Below the pieces are notes generated by a model, which worked only from the letters and a program-made list of their open reading frames with translations, was not told where the DNA came from and searched no databases. The position numbers and the translations under genes were made by a program. A stretch of DNA of 32,000 nt from Mucisphaera calidilacus (GTDB lineage Bacteria; Planctomycetota; Phycisphaerae; Phycisphaerales; Phycisphaeraceae), in NCBI RefSeq assembly GCF_007748075.1, contig NZ_CP036280.1:3420001-3452000 (forward strand). The letters are read 5' to 3'. The first letter of the stretch is position 1; each line of letters begins with the position of its first letter. This document shows positions 18,234-26,482 of this stretch, piece by piece.

Positions 18234-19103
18234 TCACTGCATCGCATGACGCGCCGCACCAATCGCCGCCGCATAACGACCCGCCTGCGTAAAACGCACC
18301 GAAACGTCCGCCGGAGCCGCAGGCGTCAGGTCACGACGAACACCCGCCATGATCCGATCCAGGTGATATTCCACCACCAGCGACAAACCGCCCATGAACA
18401 CCAACTCGTCCGGACGGTAAATCGCCAGGAAAATCCGCAACGCCCGCACCAGCGCATCCACACCACGCAGCACCCGCGGGTGATCACGCAACGCCTTCAA
18501 TTCCTCACGCGTATTCAACGTCAAACCGTCATCACGCAAACCCCGCGCACCAAGGTACGCCTCCAACGCGCCCCGACCCGCGCCAGGCGTAAACGGCGCA
18601 TCCGCCTCACCACCCGACACATCAATATGACCCAGATGCCCAGGCGTCCCACGCGTCACGATAAAAGGCCGACCCCCATCCAGCACCGCTCCACCCACAC
18701 CCGTACCCAACGCCAGATACAACGAACGACCCGACGTCGGATGCTCGTGATGATCCGCAATCGCCGCCGCCACCGCGTCCGTGCTGATCGTCGCCGGAAC
18801 CGACGTCGGAATCGCTCCGCCAATCCACTCAGGCAGATTCGCCCCGATCAGGTGCGGCACGTTCGACGCCGCCTCCAGCACACCACCCTCACTCACCGGA
18901 CCCGGCACACACAGGCCCACACGCTCAAGCGTCGCGTGATGCTCCGCCGCCAACGACTCCGCCGCCGAACGAATCACACCCGCCAACACCTCACGCGAAG
19001 GCTCGCGATACGCCTCCGTGTCCGACGTCACCGTCTCCTCGCTGTTCGTCAGCAACGCCAGCTTCGTCGAAGTCCCGCCAATATCAATCCCGAGCGTCGC
19101 CAT
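18234..19103 (-). CDS. ROK-family sugar kinase
   Basis: LGIDIGGTSTKLALL (phosphate-1), LALGTGVGGAVLDGG and PGHLGHI are ROK motifs. The Cys-rich zinc motif CXCGXXGC of many ROK kinases is not visible after GHLGHI. Confidence 0.8.
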   Translation of the reverse strand: MATLGIDIGGTSTKLALLTNSEETVTSDTEAYREPSREVLAGVIRSAAESLAAEHHATLERVGLCVPGPVSEGGVLEAASNVPHLIGANLPEWIGGAIPTSVPATISTDAVAAAIADHHEHPTSGRSLYLALGTGVGGAVLDGGRPFIVTRGTPGHLGHIDVSGGEADAPFTPGAGRGALEAYLGARGLRDDGLTLNTREELKALRDHPRVLRGVDALVRALRIFLAIYRPDELVFMGGLSLVVEYHLDRIMAGVRRDLTPAAPADVSVRFTQAGRYAAAIGAARHAMQ

Positions 19104-19106
19104 GGC

Positions 19107-19763
19107 CTACTTCCCAACGTCCTCAACCGGAACGTTCATCAAAGGGTAAAGCGGATCAACCCGCAACGTGTAATGCCACCACTCCGAATCCAACGACTCA
19201 AAACCCGCGCCCACCATCGCCGAACGCAAACAGTCCCTGCGACGACGCGGCCCCTCCGGACCGCCCGCGTAATCGCTGAACGCCCGAGGCGACAACTCGT
19301 CCACACCCGAAGGCATCACGCACAACGCGCCGCTCGCAAGATCTAAAAGCGACACGTCCAACGCCAGCCCGCGGTTATGCATCGAGCCACGCTCCGGATT
19401 CGCCACGAAGTGATGAAGCTCCTCAGGCACAACATGCCAGAACACATACGTCATCCACCACGGCCGATACGCATCGTGAATCACCACGCCGTAACCAAGC
19501 TCACGCAATGCCGCCGCCGCCGCCGCCAACGCCTCCGCCACCACACGCTGAGCCGGCGCGTGCCGTAACACCGGTGCCTCGCCCCCTGTGAAGTATTCGA
19601 TGCTGCTGTACTGCAACCCGTAACGCAACTCAGGAATCAACGCACGCAACTCAACCAGATCAGGCTCCGCCAGACCCGACTCCACCGGCACCGAAGCACG
19701 ACGCGCCTCGGCAAGCACCTCGTCGACCGGCCGCGCAAACTCAAAGGTCAGCCGCTGAGACAT
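19107..19763 (-). CDS. ddpX: D-alanyl-D-alanine dipeptidase (VanX/DdpX, peptidase M15D)
   Basis: VIHDAYRPWW, GSMHNRGLALDVSL (the SxHxxGxAxD zinc motif) and SEWWHY are the VanX-family signature. There are 3-nt gaps to both neighbouring genes. Confidence 0.85.
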   Translation of the reverse strand: MSQRLTFEFARPVDEVLAEARRASVPVESGLAEPDLVELRALIPELRYGLQYSSIEYFTGGEAPVLRHAPAQRVVAEALAAAAAALRELGYGVVIHDAYRPWWMTYVFWHVVPEELHHFVANPERGSMHNRGLALDVSLLDLASGALCVMPSGVDELSPRAFSDYAGGPEGPRRRRDCLRSAMVGAGFESLDSEWWHYTLRVDPLYPLMNVPVEDVGK

Positions 19764-19766
19764 CGC

Positions 19767-22085
19767 TCACGCACTGGCCTTCGCCAACGCCGGATCACGC
19801 GGGTCCGCCAGCAGGTAACCGAAGATAAACGCCACAAAGAAACCGACCACCGACCACCACGGCCAGGCCAGCGTCCCTCGTAGTGAGGCCAGTTCGATAT
19901 CCATCCCCAGCGGGATCAGTTGAGACCTCAGGAAGAGTACAAGGCCCTCGTCCGTCAGCTGAGTCCTCCTGATCTCCTCGATCAACTCCTCAGTCGGCTC
20001 GATTTCACGGGCGGCCAACTGTGTCTCGACGTAGGCCGAAAAGGCTTCTGACGCCTTCATCTCGTCCTGATTGTTCATGGCATGCCGAAGATCAAACACG
20101 ACGTTCTTCTGGCTCGACTCATAGCGGCTCGACAGCGCGCTGTAGTACAGGCTGGCACCGAGCTCTGAGATGCGTAGCGACGAACGCATCTCGGTATCGA
20201 TCTTGGGCACACCCAACTGCTCCAGCACCAGTGTCGCTTGCACAAAAGCCGAATCCGTCAACTGCTGCTGGCCAATCTCGTCATCGCGATCGAAGGCATC
20301 GTCCTTGAGCTGAATGCCCAGGGCAGCCAACTGCTCTCTCTTGTTGACGTAGGCCTGCTGGACCTCATCAGCCGTGATCGAGCCATCCGGCAGCGACTGG
20401 ATCCGAGTGATGACGATGTCCTGATAGTTCACAGCACCGCTATAGGTCAGCCAGATCATCAATGCGACCCCAAGAGCGAGAACCGGTGTCTTCAACACGG
20501 TCCTGATCTGGACCTGAAGATCGGTTCGCATAGAAGCCGCATAGAGCCATGTCGCTAGAAGAATGCTCCCGAAAGCCCAGGCAACGGTCTGAGCCCACGC
20601 TTGATCGTGCCACACGATCGCGAAGATCGTCATCACCGACAGCGGCGCCGAGAAGACCAGCCCGTACCCCGAGACCCGGAGCGGCAGGAACCCCAGCAGA
20701 AACGCCGCCAGCAGCGAACCCACCGAGTAGGACGCCAACGCCAGGGCCAGGTCCAGGATCGGCAGCTTGCCCTCCTGCTGCACCACGTACACGACGTACG
20801 CCGCCAGGCACAGCACCACGCCCCAGAACACCACCAGCAGACGCGAGATGAACACCGCCTCCGCCCCGTGCTCCTCGATGTCGTCGCCCTTCTTCTGACG
20901 CCAGCGCAGGTACGTCACCGACATCGTCGTCTGCGACAACGCCGCAAGGATCGAGTCCAGCGACGAGATCGCCGCAGCGAAGATGCCGGCGATGATCAGC
21001 CCCGTCACACCCGTCGGCAGCTCCGACAGGATGAAGATCGGGAAGATCCGGTTGGGCTCGGCCTCGTAACGCGCCAGGGCGTCGCCCACCAGCGGGAACT
21101 CCTGGTAGAAGACGTACAGGCCGGCACCGACGGCCAGCATCATCGCCGTGATGATCTGACCGGCGTAGGCCGCCATCACCGCGATCTTCGCCTCACGCTG
21201 ATCCTTGCAGCAGAAGATCCGCTGTGCCATCAGCTGATCCGTCCCGTACACGCCGACGTTCCCGAACACCGACGCGAACGCCGCCGTGTAGATCGTGTAA
21301 GGCTTCACCGCCGACCACTCCAGGTCCCACAGCTGCCACTTGTTCGCCTCGTCCGCCACCGTCATCATCTGCTCCACGCCGCCCGGGAGCTCCGACACGA
21401 TCGTCACCAGCGCGATGATCCCGCCCAGCACGAACACCAGGAACAGGATCACGTCCGTCCAGATCACCGTCGCGATGCCGCCCATGATCGTCCAGATGAT
21501 CGAGATCAAACCGATGATCGCGATCGACGCCACCACCGGCGGAATCCCCGTCGCCGACTCCAACGCCCCCAGCTGCTCGGCCATCACCAGCTCGAGGATG
21601 ATCGCCGTCAGGTAGACACGCGCCGACTGACCGAGCACACCGCCCAGCGAGAAGAGCGCCGTCGTCACCCACTTCGCCGACTCGCCCAACTGGTTGCCCA
21701 TGTAGTCGTAAGGCGAGTAGATCTCGTGCTTGTAGTAGGCCGGCACCAGCACGAACGCCACGATCAGACGCGCCATCAGCACGCCCACCAGGCCGAGCTG
21801 CAGGTAGGCGAAGTTCCCACCCGGCCCGAAGACGATGAAGGGTGCTCCCACGAACGTCACCGCCGAGATCTCCGTCGCGATCGACGACCCCGCCACTGCG
21901 TACCACGGCATCTTCTTCCCGCCCAGGAAAAAATCCTTCACCGAGGACTGCTTGCCCGCCAGCACGCCACCCAAAACCGTCGTCACGACCAGGTAGCCAA
22001 ACACCACCAGCCAGTCGATCCACGTGAAAGCCCCCACAATGGAGCCGGGTTCAGCCTGAGCGATGAGTGGGAGATAGTCAGTCAT
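19767..22085 (-). CDS. Sodium:solute symporter (SSS) family transporter with about 270-aa C-terminal extension
   Basis: The first 500 aa or so are a typical SSS core (FFLGGKKMPWYAVAGSSIATEISAVTFVGAP..., GGIATVIWTDVILF). Two more TM helices follow, then a soluble helical region of about 190 aa (NYQDIV...ELASLRGT) and a final TM helix (WPWWSVVGFFVAFIFGYLLA). Confidence 0.85.
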   Translation of the reverse strand: MTDYLPLIAQAEPGSIVGAFTWIDWLVVFGYLVVTTVLGGVLAGKQSSVKDFFLGGKKMPWYAVAGSSIATEISAVTFVGAPFIVFGPGGNFAYLQLGLVGVLMARLIVAFVLVPAYYKHEIYSPYDYMGNQLGESAKWVTTALFSLGGVLGQSARVYLTAIILELVMAEQLGALESATGIPPVVASIAIIGLISIIWTIMGGIATVIWTDVILFLVFVLGGIIALVTIVSELPGGVEQMMTVADEANKWQLWDLEWSAVKPYTIYTAAFASVFGNVGVYGTDQLMAQRIFCCKDQREAKIAVMAAYAGQIITAMMLAVGAGLYVFYQEFPLVGDALARYEAEPNRIFPIFILSELPTGVTGLIIAGIFAAAISSLDSILAALSQTTMSVTYLRWRQKKGDDIEEHGAEAVFISRLLVVFWGVVLCLAAYVVYVVQQEGKLPILDLALALASYSVGSLLAAFLLGFLPLRVSGYGLVFSAPLSVMTIFAIVWHDQAWAQTVAWAFGSILLATWLYAASMRTDLQVQIRTVLKTPVLALGVALMIWLTYSGAVNYQDIVITRIQSLPDGSITADEVQQAYVNKREQLAALGIQLKDDAFDRDDEIGQQQLTDSAFVQATLVLEQLGVPKIDTEMRSSLRISELGASLYYSALSSRYESSQKNVVFDLRHAMNNQDEMKASEAFSAYVETQLAAREIEPTEELIEEIRRTQLTDEGLVLFLRSQLIPLGMDIELASLRGTLAWPWWSVVGFFVAFIFGYLLADPRDPALAKASA

Positions 22086-22290
22086 GGCGGCAGCGTATCA
22101 CCTTCACAGAAAGGTTGTAGAAGAACCATAAGACCCGCCCATCATAACGAGCCACCCCACTCCCTGCTCTCCAATCCCCACGCAAACTCGCTCCGATACC
22201 TGCTCTCATCCCCCTCTCAACCAGAACACGCCCCGCCAATCCCGATCCCGAACCTGAGCCAGTCGAAGGCATCCGGGTGTGAATCACCGA

Positions 22291-22326
22291 AAATAAAAAA
22301 CGACGCCCTTCCCTCGAAGGACGTCG
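22291..22326 (-). terminator. Rho-independent terminator of the pseudopilin gene
   Basis: Minus-strand hairpin cgacgtcctt-cgaggg-aagggcgtcg (22301-22326, 9 bp with one mismatch). TTTTTTATTT follows on the minus strand (plus-strand 22291-22300 aaataaaaaa). It begins 30 nt after the stop at 22357. Confidence 0.6.
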
Positions 22327-22356
22327 CTACAAGACTCATCAAAAAATCGGTCCGAC

Positions 22357-23250
22357 TTACTCAGCCTCGATCTGCTGATCGATGGGCGTCCACAACGCCT
22401 TGTACGTGTTCTCCGGGATCCCCGACTCATCCGCATTGGAGACCAGACTTGTCGCACCCTCAAACGAGACGTGGCCATCCGCAAACGCGATGTTGATCGA
22501 ACCGCCACGCGACTTCGTCGGATCGCTGTTGCTGCCGTGACGCGTCCAGTCAAGCTCCGTGGTATATGCCGCCGCAGGCCAGCCCTGAGGCGGGGTGACC
22601 GACCGGCCCAAAAAACCCGTCCAGCGCTGAGCCATGATGCCAGGACCCGTCACACCGGGCGGTGCAAACGCCGCGTCTTCGCCGATGGTCGAACGTGTGT
22701 ACGAAAACTCTGATCCAGGACCAAAGTTCTCCGAGCGAGCCTCCGTGATCAGCACCGTCTTCGATGCGTTGTTCGAGTCCGCGTTGAAGGTCCAGCCCGC
22801 ATCGACCGCGCTCTGGAACCACGACACACTGTGGTGGGACGAGGCAAAGACGTTCATCGCGACCGATCGCGCCGGCTCCAGCGCCTCAAGGGACCCATCG
22901 CCGGGGTTACCCGGATCACTCGGGCAGATCATCACGCCACCGCCGACCGTGTTGACGCCTGCTTCCGTATCAGTCGATGGCAGATAGGTTCCGATTCTCT
23001 CGAGGTCGTACCAGTACTCTTTGGCAACGTCATCATTCTGCGGAAAGCTCGACTTGTTATCTGTGGCGTAGGTGAACAGGCTCGTGGCAATCTGCCGTTG
23101 GTTCGCCGCATCAAGCACCCTTCTGGCTGCCTCACGTGCCGAGCTCAGCGCCGGCAGCAAAATACCGATCAGCAACGCGATGATTGAAATCACCACCAGC
23201 AACTCAATAAGCGTAAATCCTTGCGATTGGACGTTCGTGCGTGCGGTCAT
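22357..23250 (-). CDS. Prepilin-type N-terminal cleavage/methylation domain protein (DUF1559-like type II pseudopilin)
   Basis: The N-terminus [34 protein letters not shown] is the class III signal/methylation motif. The C-terminal [12 protein letters not shown] matches the DUF1559 tail common in Planctomycetota. ATG 23250 is preceded by caggag. Confidence 0.85.
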   Translation of the reverse strand: MTARTNVQSQGFTLIELLVVISIIALLIGILLPALSSAREAARRVLDAANQRQIATSLFTYATDNKSSFPQNDDVAKEYWYDLERIGTYLPSTDTEAGVNTVGGGVMICPSDPGNPGDGSLEALEPARSVAMNVFASSHHSVSWFQSAVDAGWTFNADSNNASKTVLITEARSENFGPGSEFSYTRSTIGEDAAFAPPGVTGPGIMAQRWTGFLGRSVTPPQGWPAAAYTTELDWTRHGSNSDPTKSRGGSINIAFADGHVSFEGATSLVSNADESGIPENTYKALWTPIDQQIEAE

Positions 23251-23367
23251 ACCACGCTCCTGAGGGGTTCGGAGTAGAGGAGGGAGTTCAGCGCCCGACG
23301 ATGAAGCCGCCGGGCAAAGCCCTCCCGCCGCGTCTCCGCGACAGGAAGGGTGTAGCAGGCTATTCGC

Positions 23368-24954
23368 TCAGCGGCGACGACCCACCGCAAGGGCACCCAG
23401 CCCGAACAGCGTCGCCAACACCGGCTCCGGTACCGAAGGAGCCGACTGATCAAAATTGCTCGCCAGCACCGACAGGTCCAGAAGATCAACCGACGTGTCA
23501 GTGTTGAAATTCCCGCCCGCCCAGCCGGCCGTCGCCTCGAAGTTCGAAGCCAACGCCGACAGGTCCAGCAGGTTCACCGTCTTGTCCAGGTTCGCGTCAC
23601 CAAAGAGCGTCCCCAGCACGTCGCCGATCATCACATCAAAATCATCACCGTCCACGACGCCGCTCTCGTCAAGGTCGTAGAGCAGATCCGACGAACCCGT
23701 CCGGACCGCCGCGGCCAGCAGATCAATGTCCGCATCGTTCACCACGCCGTCATCGTTGAAATCACCCACCAGACCCGGATCATCACCCGCGATCTGGAAC
23801 ATGTGAATCACGCCCGCCGTCGGCTGCAACACAGCCAGCAGACCGGTGTCCGCATCAAAATCAAAGTCATACCAAGCAAACGTGCTCAGCGGCTCAAACG
23901 TCCCCCCCTCATTGTCCGGGTCGGGCAGCCAGTTGAACGTCACGTCCGCCGCAACACCGTCAGGCGTCACCGCCTGAACCACAGACGTGAAATCACCCGT
24001 CGCGCCCGACTCCGGGCGGTCGTTGTACAGAATCACGTCGTTCGACACATCAACGTCATTATCAACCGCGACATAGGCCACGTTCTGACCCACCACGAAG
24101 TCGCCCTGCGTCACGCCCAGGTCGATCCGGTTCACACTCGCGATCGTCCCGTCCGAAGCACGCACGGCACGGTCGAGATAGTTGTTGTGACGCACATAAA
24201 CGTCGCCGTTCGCGCCAAACTCCATGTCCCGGTTCGTCTCAAAACCGTCCGGGTTCTGCACCGGGTCACCGTTGCCGACGATCATCACGCCATCAGCCAG
24301 CGCGTCGATCACGTCACCCGTCGCCAGATCATGCGTCCCGACGCCAAGCGTCAAACCCGATCCCGGTGCCAGCCACGCGGCACGATCCGGACCCGCGCCG
24401 TTGTAGCCCGGATCAAAATCAACACCACGAGCCACACCCTCGTTCGAACCGTCGCCGATCGCCACCGCGGCCGCCGCGGAAACATCCCACATCGAGAACG
24501 ACGGACGCGGATCGCTGTCAGGCGACTGGCGACCCGTCAGGTCAAACGCCGCCAGGACCGTGTCGCCCTGCACCGAAATGTCGTTAAACCCGCGGAACAC
24601 CGTACCTACCGTCTCAGCGAAACGATCGCCATACGTGCCGCCCGCAATCCCCGTCGCCGTCGTCGCGTTCGTGACCTCGATGATGCCCGCCGTCGCCAGC
24701 GTCGTGTTCGAGTTCGAACCCGTGTTGTCAAAACCACCCACAAACAGCCGGTCACCGTCCAGCGCCACCGTCGCGACACTGCCGATGTAAATGTCCGGGT
24801 TCACAGGCGTCGCCGGATCAAAAAAGCCGCCGCCCGGCTCCCACGCGCTCAACGCGGTCACGTCAATCACCGCCACCTGGTCGAAAACAACCTGCGCCGA
24901 CGCCGACGCCGAAAGGGCCGCAACAAGGCAGGCCGCCGTACTCAATGACTTCAT
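23368..24954 (-). CDS. Secreted PEP-CTERM protein with dockerin-like/EF-hand repeats (paralogue A)
   Basis: ATG 24954 is preceded by gaggagg. Signal peptide MKSLSTAACLVAALSASASAQ. The C-terminal tail (23368-23766) carries DFNDDGVVNDADIDLL, YDLDESGVVDGDDFDVMI, GDANLDKTVNLLDLSALASNF, GNFNTDTSVDLLDLSVLASNF, and then VPEPVLATLFGLGALAVGRRR (PEP-CTERM anchor). Confidence 0.8.
   Translation of the reverse strand: MKSLSTAACLVAALSASASAQVVFDQVAVIDVTALSAWEPGGGFFDPATPVNPDIYIGSVATVALDGDRLFVGGFDNTGSNSNTTLATAGIIEVTNATTATGIAGGTYGDRFAETVGTVFRGFNDISVQGDTVLAAFDLTGRQSPDSDPRPSFSMWDVSAAAAVAIGDGSNEGVARGVDFDPGYNGAGPDRAAWLAPGSGLTLGVGTHDLATGDVIDALADGVMIVGNGDPVQNPDGFETNRDMEFGANGDVYVRHNNYLDRAVRASDGTIASVNRIDLGVTQGDFVVGQNVAYVAVDNDVDVSNDVILYNDRPESGATGDFTSVVQAVTPDGVAADVTFNWLPDPDNEGGTFEPLSTFAWYDFDFDADTGLLAVLQPTAGVIHMFQIAGDDPGLVGDFNDDGVVNDADIDLLAAAVRTGSSDLLYDLDESGVVDGDDFDVMIGDVLGTLFGDANLDKTVNLLDLSALASNFEATAGWAGGNFNTDTSVDLLDLSVLASNFDQSAPSVPEPVLATLFGLGALAVGRRR
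23461..23585 (-). repeat. In-frame 87-nt (29-aa) tandem duplication encoding the LLDLSxLASNF dockerin-like unit
   Basis: The identical 13-mer ccgacaggtccag occurs at 23469-23481 and 23556-23568, with similar flanks (gccagcaccgacaggtccagaagatcaacc vs gccaacgccgacaggtccagcaggttcacc). Confidence 0.6.
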
Positions 24955-25044
24955 CTCGAAACCTCCTCGGGTTGGTTCTGATTCACACATAGACGTGCTC
25001 GATCGGTTCACTCAGTTCAGCCGGAACGGTACACATGGATCCGA

Positions 25045-25060
25045 ATACTTATAGAAGTAT
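25045..25060. promoter_or_regulatory. Palindromic motif ATACTT-ATAG-AAGTAT upstream of PEP-CTERM gene A (candidate operator or promoter element)
   Basis: A 6-bp inverted repeat with a 4-nt spacer, 91-106 nt upstream of ATG 24954. It shares the CTT-N4-AAG core with the sites at 26377-26392 and 30873-30888. Confidence 0.25.
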
Positions 25061-25104
25061 AAAGAAGGGATCGCCAAATGCCAGTCAATCCGTCCCGATT
25101 TACG

Positions 25105-25157
25105 GATAAAAAGTGGAAAAGAGCGAGGCTCGCACGCTCAGGACGCACGAGCCTCGC
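25105..25157 (-). terminator. Rho-independent terminator of PEP-CTERM gene B
   Basis: A perfect 10-bp stem, gcgaggctcg / cgagcctcgc (25123-25157), with a 15-nt loop. On the minus strand it is followed by tcttttccacttttta. It starts 30 nt after the stop at 25187. Confidence 0.6.
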
Positions 25158-25186
25158 AGATTAATAAGCACAGGCTAATCAAATGA

Positions 25187-26296
25187 TTAGCTGCCGCGAC
25201 GAGCCAGACCCAGCAGGCCCAACGCAATCAGGCTGGCCGAAGCCGGCGCCGGAACCGCCGTGCCACCGAACAGGTACACCAACCCGTTCTGGTTGTCCGC
25301 AATCGCCAGAACCTTGTTCGCCTCGTCGTACGAGAAGTCGTAGATCGTGTTGCCGGCAGCCGCAAACACGAACTGGGCCGAACCGTCACCCGTCATGAAA
25401 TCAGCCGGGTTCGCAACGCCCGCGTACTTCGGAACCGAGTTGTCCACGTCCGCGTCAATCACGAACATGTTGTCCGTCGCAACCGGACCACCCGAGAAAC
25501 CCGAGAAACGCTGCGACAGGATCAGGTAGTTGTTCCCGTCACCATTGAAGTCATACAGCGCCGCCGTGTTCACCGCCGACTGGAACGTCAGCTCCTTGTC
25601 CCAGATCTGCTGCGTGCCGGCACCGCCGCCGAGCGTCTGGAAGTTGTGCGGACCCACACGCGTGCCACGCGAGAGACCCTCATCGTTGATGACGTACAGG
25701 TCGCCGTTGTCCGCGATGTCAATGTCGCGATAACCCGAACCCGCATCCGGGTTCCAAAGCGAAGCACTGTTGTCCAGCAACGCCGGAGCCGCAGGATTGC
25801 TCAGGTCAAACAGCGTGCGGCTGCCGCCACGCGTCAGAACAACCCAGCCCGCGCCGCCGCCAGCCGCGTCGCCCGGATCGTAAGCAACGCCGTCAACACG
25901 CGAAAAACCGAAGTCGGCCTCGGTCAACGCCGAAACCAGATTGCCGCTCTTGTCGAAAATCTCAACGTTGTCCAGGCCGCCGCCCGCGTTGTTCGTCGCC
26001 GCAACCACGTACTCGGGCCCCGTGTCGATCGACACAAAACCGTTGCCCGCCAACGCCGCAGAACCCGCGGTGTTCGACACCGTCGGCGTGCCGAAAATGT
26101 CCGTCACGGTCGTGAGCACGCCGCCGCCAAACAGGCCGCCGGTGTAGAGCGTGTTGCCCTCGATCGCCACCGAGCCGGGAGCCTGAGCGCCCAACGCGGC
26201 GTAATCAATCGTGCCAAGGTGAAAGAAATCCACCGCAGACGCCTGAGCAGCGAACGCAGCGGTTACAAGGGTTGCCATAGCAGCAGTACGGTTCAT
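25187..26296 (-). CDS. Secreted PEP-CTERM-like protein (paralogue B, no dockerin module)
   Basis: ATG 26296 is preceded by gggagaagag. Signal peptide MNRTAAMATLVTAAFAAQASA. The C-terminus AVPAPASASLIALGLLGLARRGS is a PEP-CTERM variant. The body aligns by eye with paralogue A (RDIDIADNGDLYV vs RDMEFGANGDVYV; TIYDFSYDEANKVLAIADNQNGLVYLF vs AWYDFDFDADTGLLAVLQPTAGVIHMF). Confidence 0.75.
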   Translation of the reverse strand: MNRTAAMATLVTAAFAAQASAVDFFHLGTIDYAALGAQAPGSVAIEGNTLYTGGLFGGGVLTTVTDIFGTPTVSNTAGSAALAGNGFVSIDTGPEYVVAATNNAGGGLDNVEIFDKSGNLVSALTEADFGFSRVDGVAYDPGDAAGGGAGWVVLTRGGSRTLFDLSNPAAPALLDNSASLWNPDAGSGYRDIDIADNGDLYVINDEGLSRGTRVGPHNFQTLGGGAGTQQIWDKELTFQSAVNTAALYDFNGDGNNYLILSQRFSGFSGGPVATDNMFVIDADVDNSVPKYAGVANPADFMTGDGSAQFVFAAAGNTIYDFSYDEANKVLAIADNQNGLVYLFGGTAVPAPASASLIALGLLGLARRGS

Positions 26297-26376
26297 GGAC
26301 TCTTCTCCCATATCAGGGTGGTAAAAATGATGACTCAGTCGAAAATCGACAGACAATGCCTAAGCATCTGACGCAA

Positions 26377-26392
26377 ACTCTTATACAAGAGT
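26377..26392. promoter_or_regulatory. Palindromic motif ACTCTT-ATAC-AAGAGT upstream of PEP-CTERM gene B (candidate operator or promoter element)
   Basis: A perfect 6-bp inverted repeat with a 4-nt spacer, 81-96 nt upstream of ATG 26296. That is nearly the same relative position as the site upstream of paralogue A. Confidence 0.3.
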
Positions 26393-26482
26393 ACCAGCGC
26401 CCGACCGCCGTTCAAGGCCCAACACGCTTTTTTTGTTCAACAATGACCACAAACACAGGACACACGCGCGAAACTGGAGAAC

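Noticed and set aside
22086-22290. A leader of about 205 nt upstream of the symporter, G-rich on the coding strand (runs of GGGG/GGGGG, a ggagag motif). I considered a riboswitch (for example glycine) or a G-quadruplex.
   Set aside because: I could not find the conserved cores of the glycine riboswitch or any other riboswitch I know. The G-runs are too widely spaced for a canonical G4. G-richness on the minus strand is the genome-wide norm here. A covariance-model scan would settle it.
25174-25191. Palindrome gctaatc-aaat-gattagc spanning the stop codon of PEP-CTERM gene B.
   Set aside because: It is a short AT-rich 7-bp stem with no recurrence elsewhere in the window. The real terminator is the 10-bp GC-rich hairpin 30 nt downstream. 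It is probably incidental.
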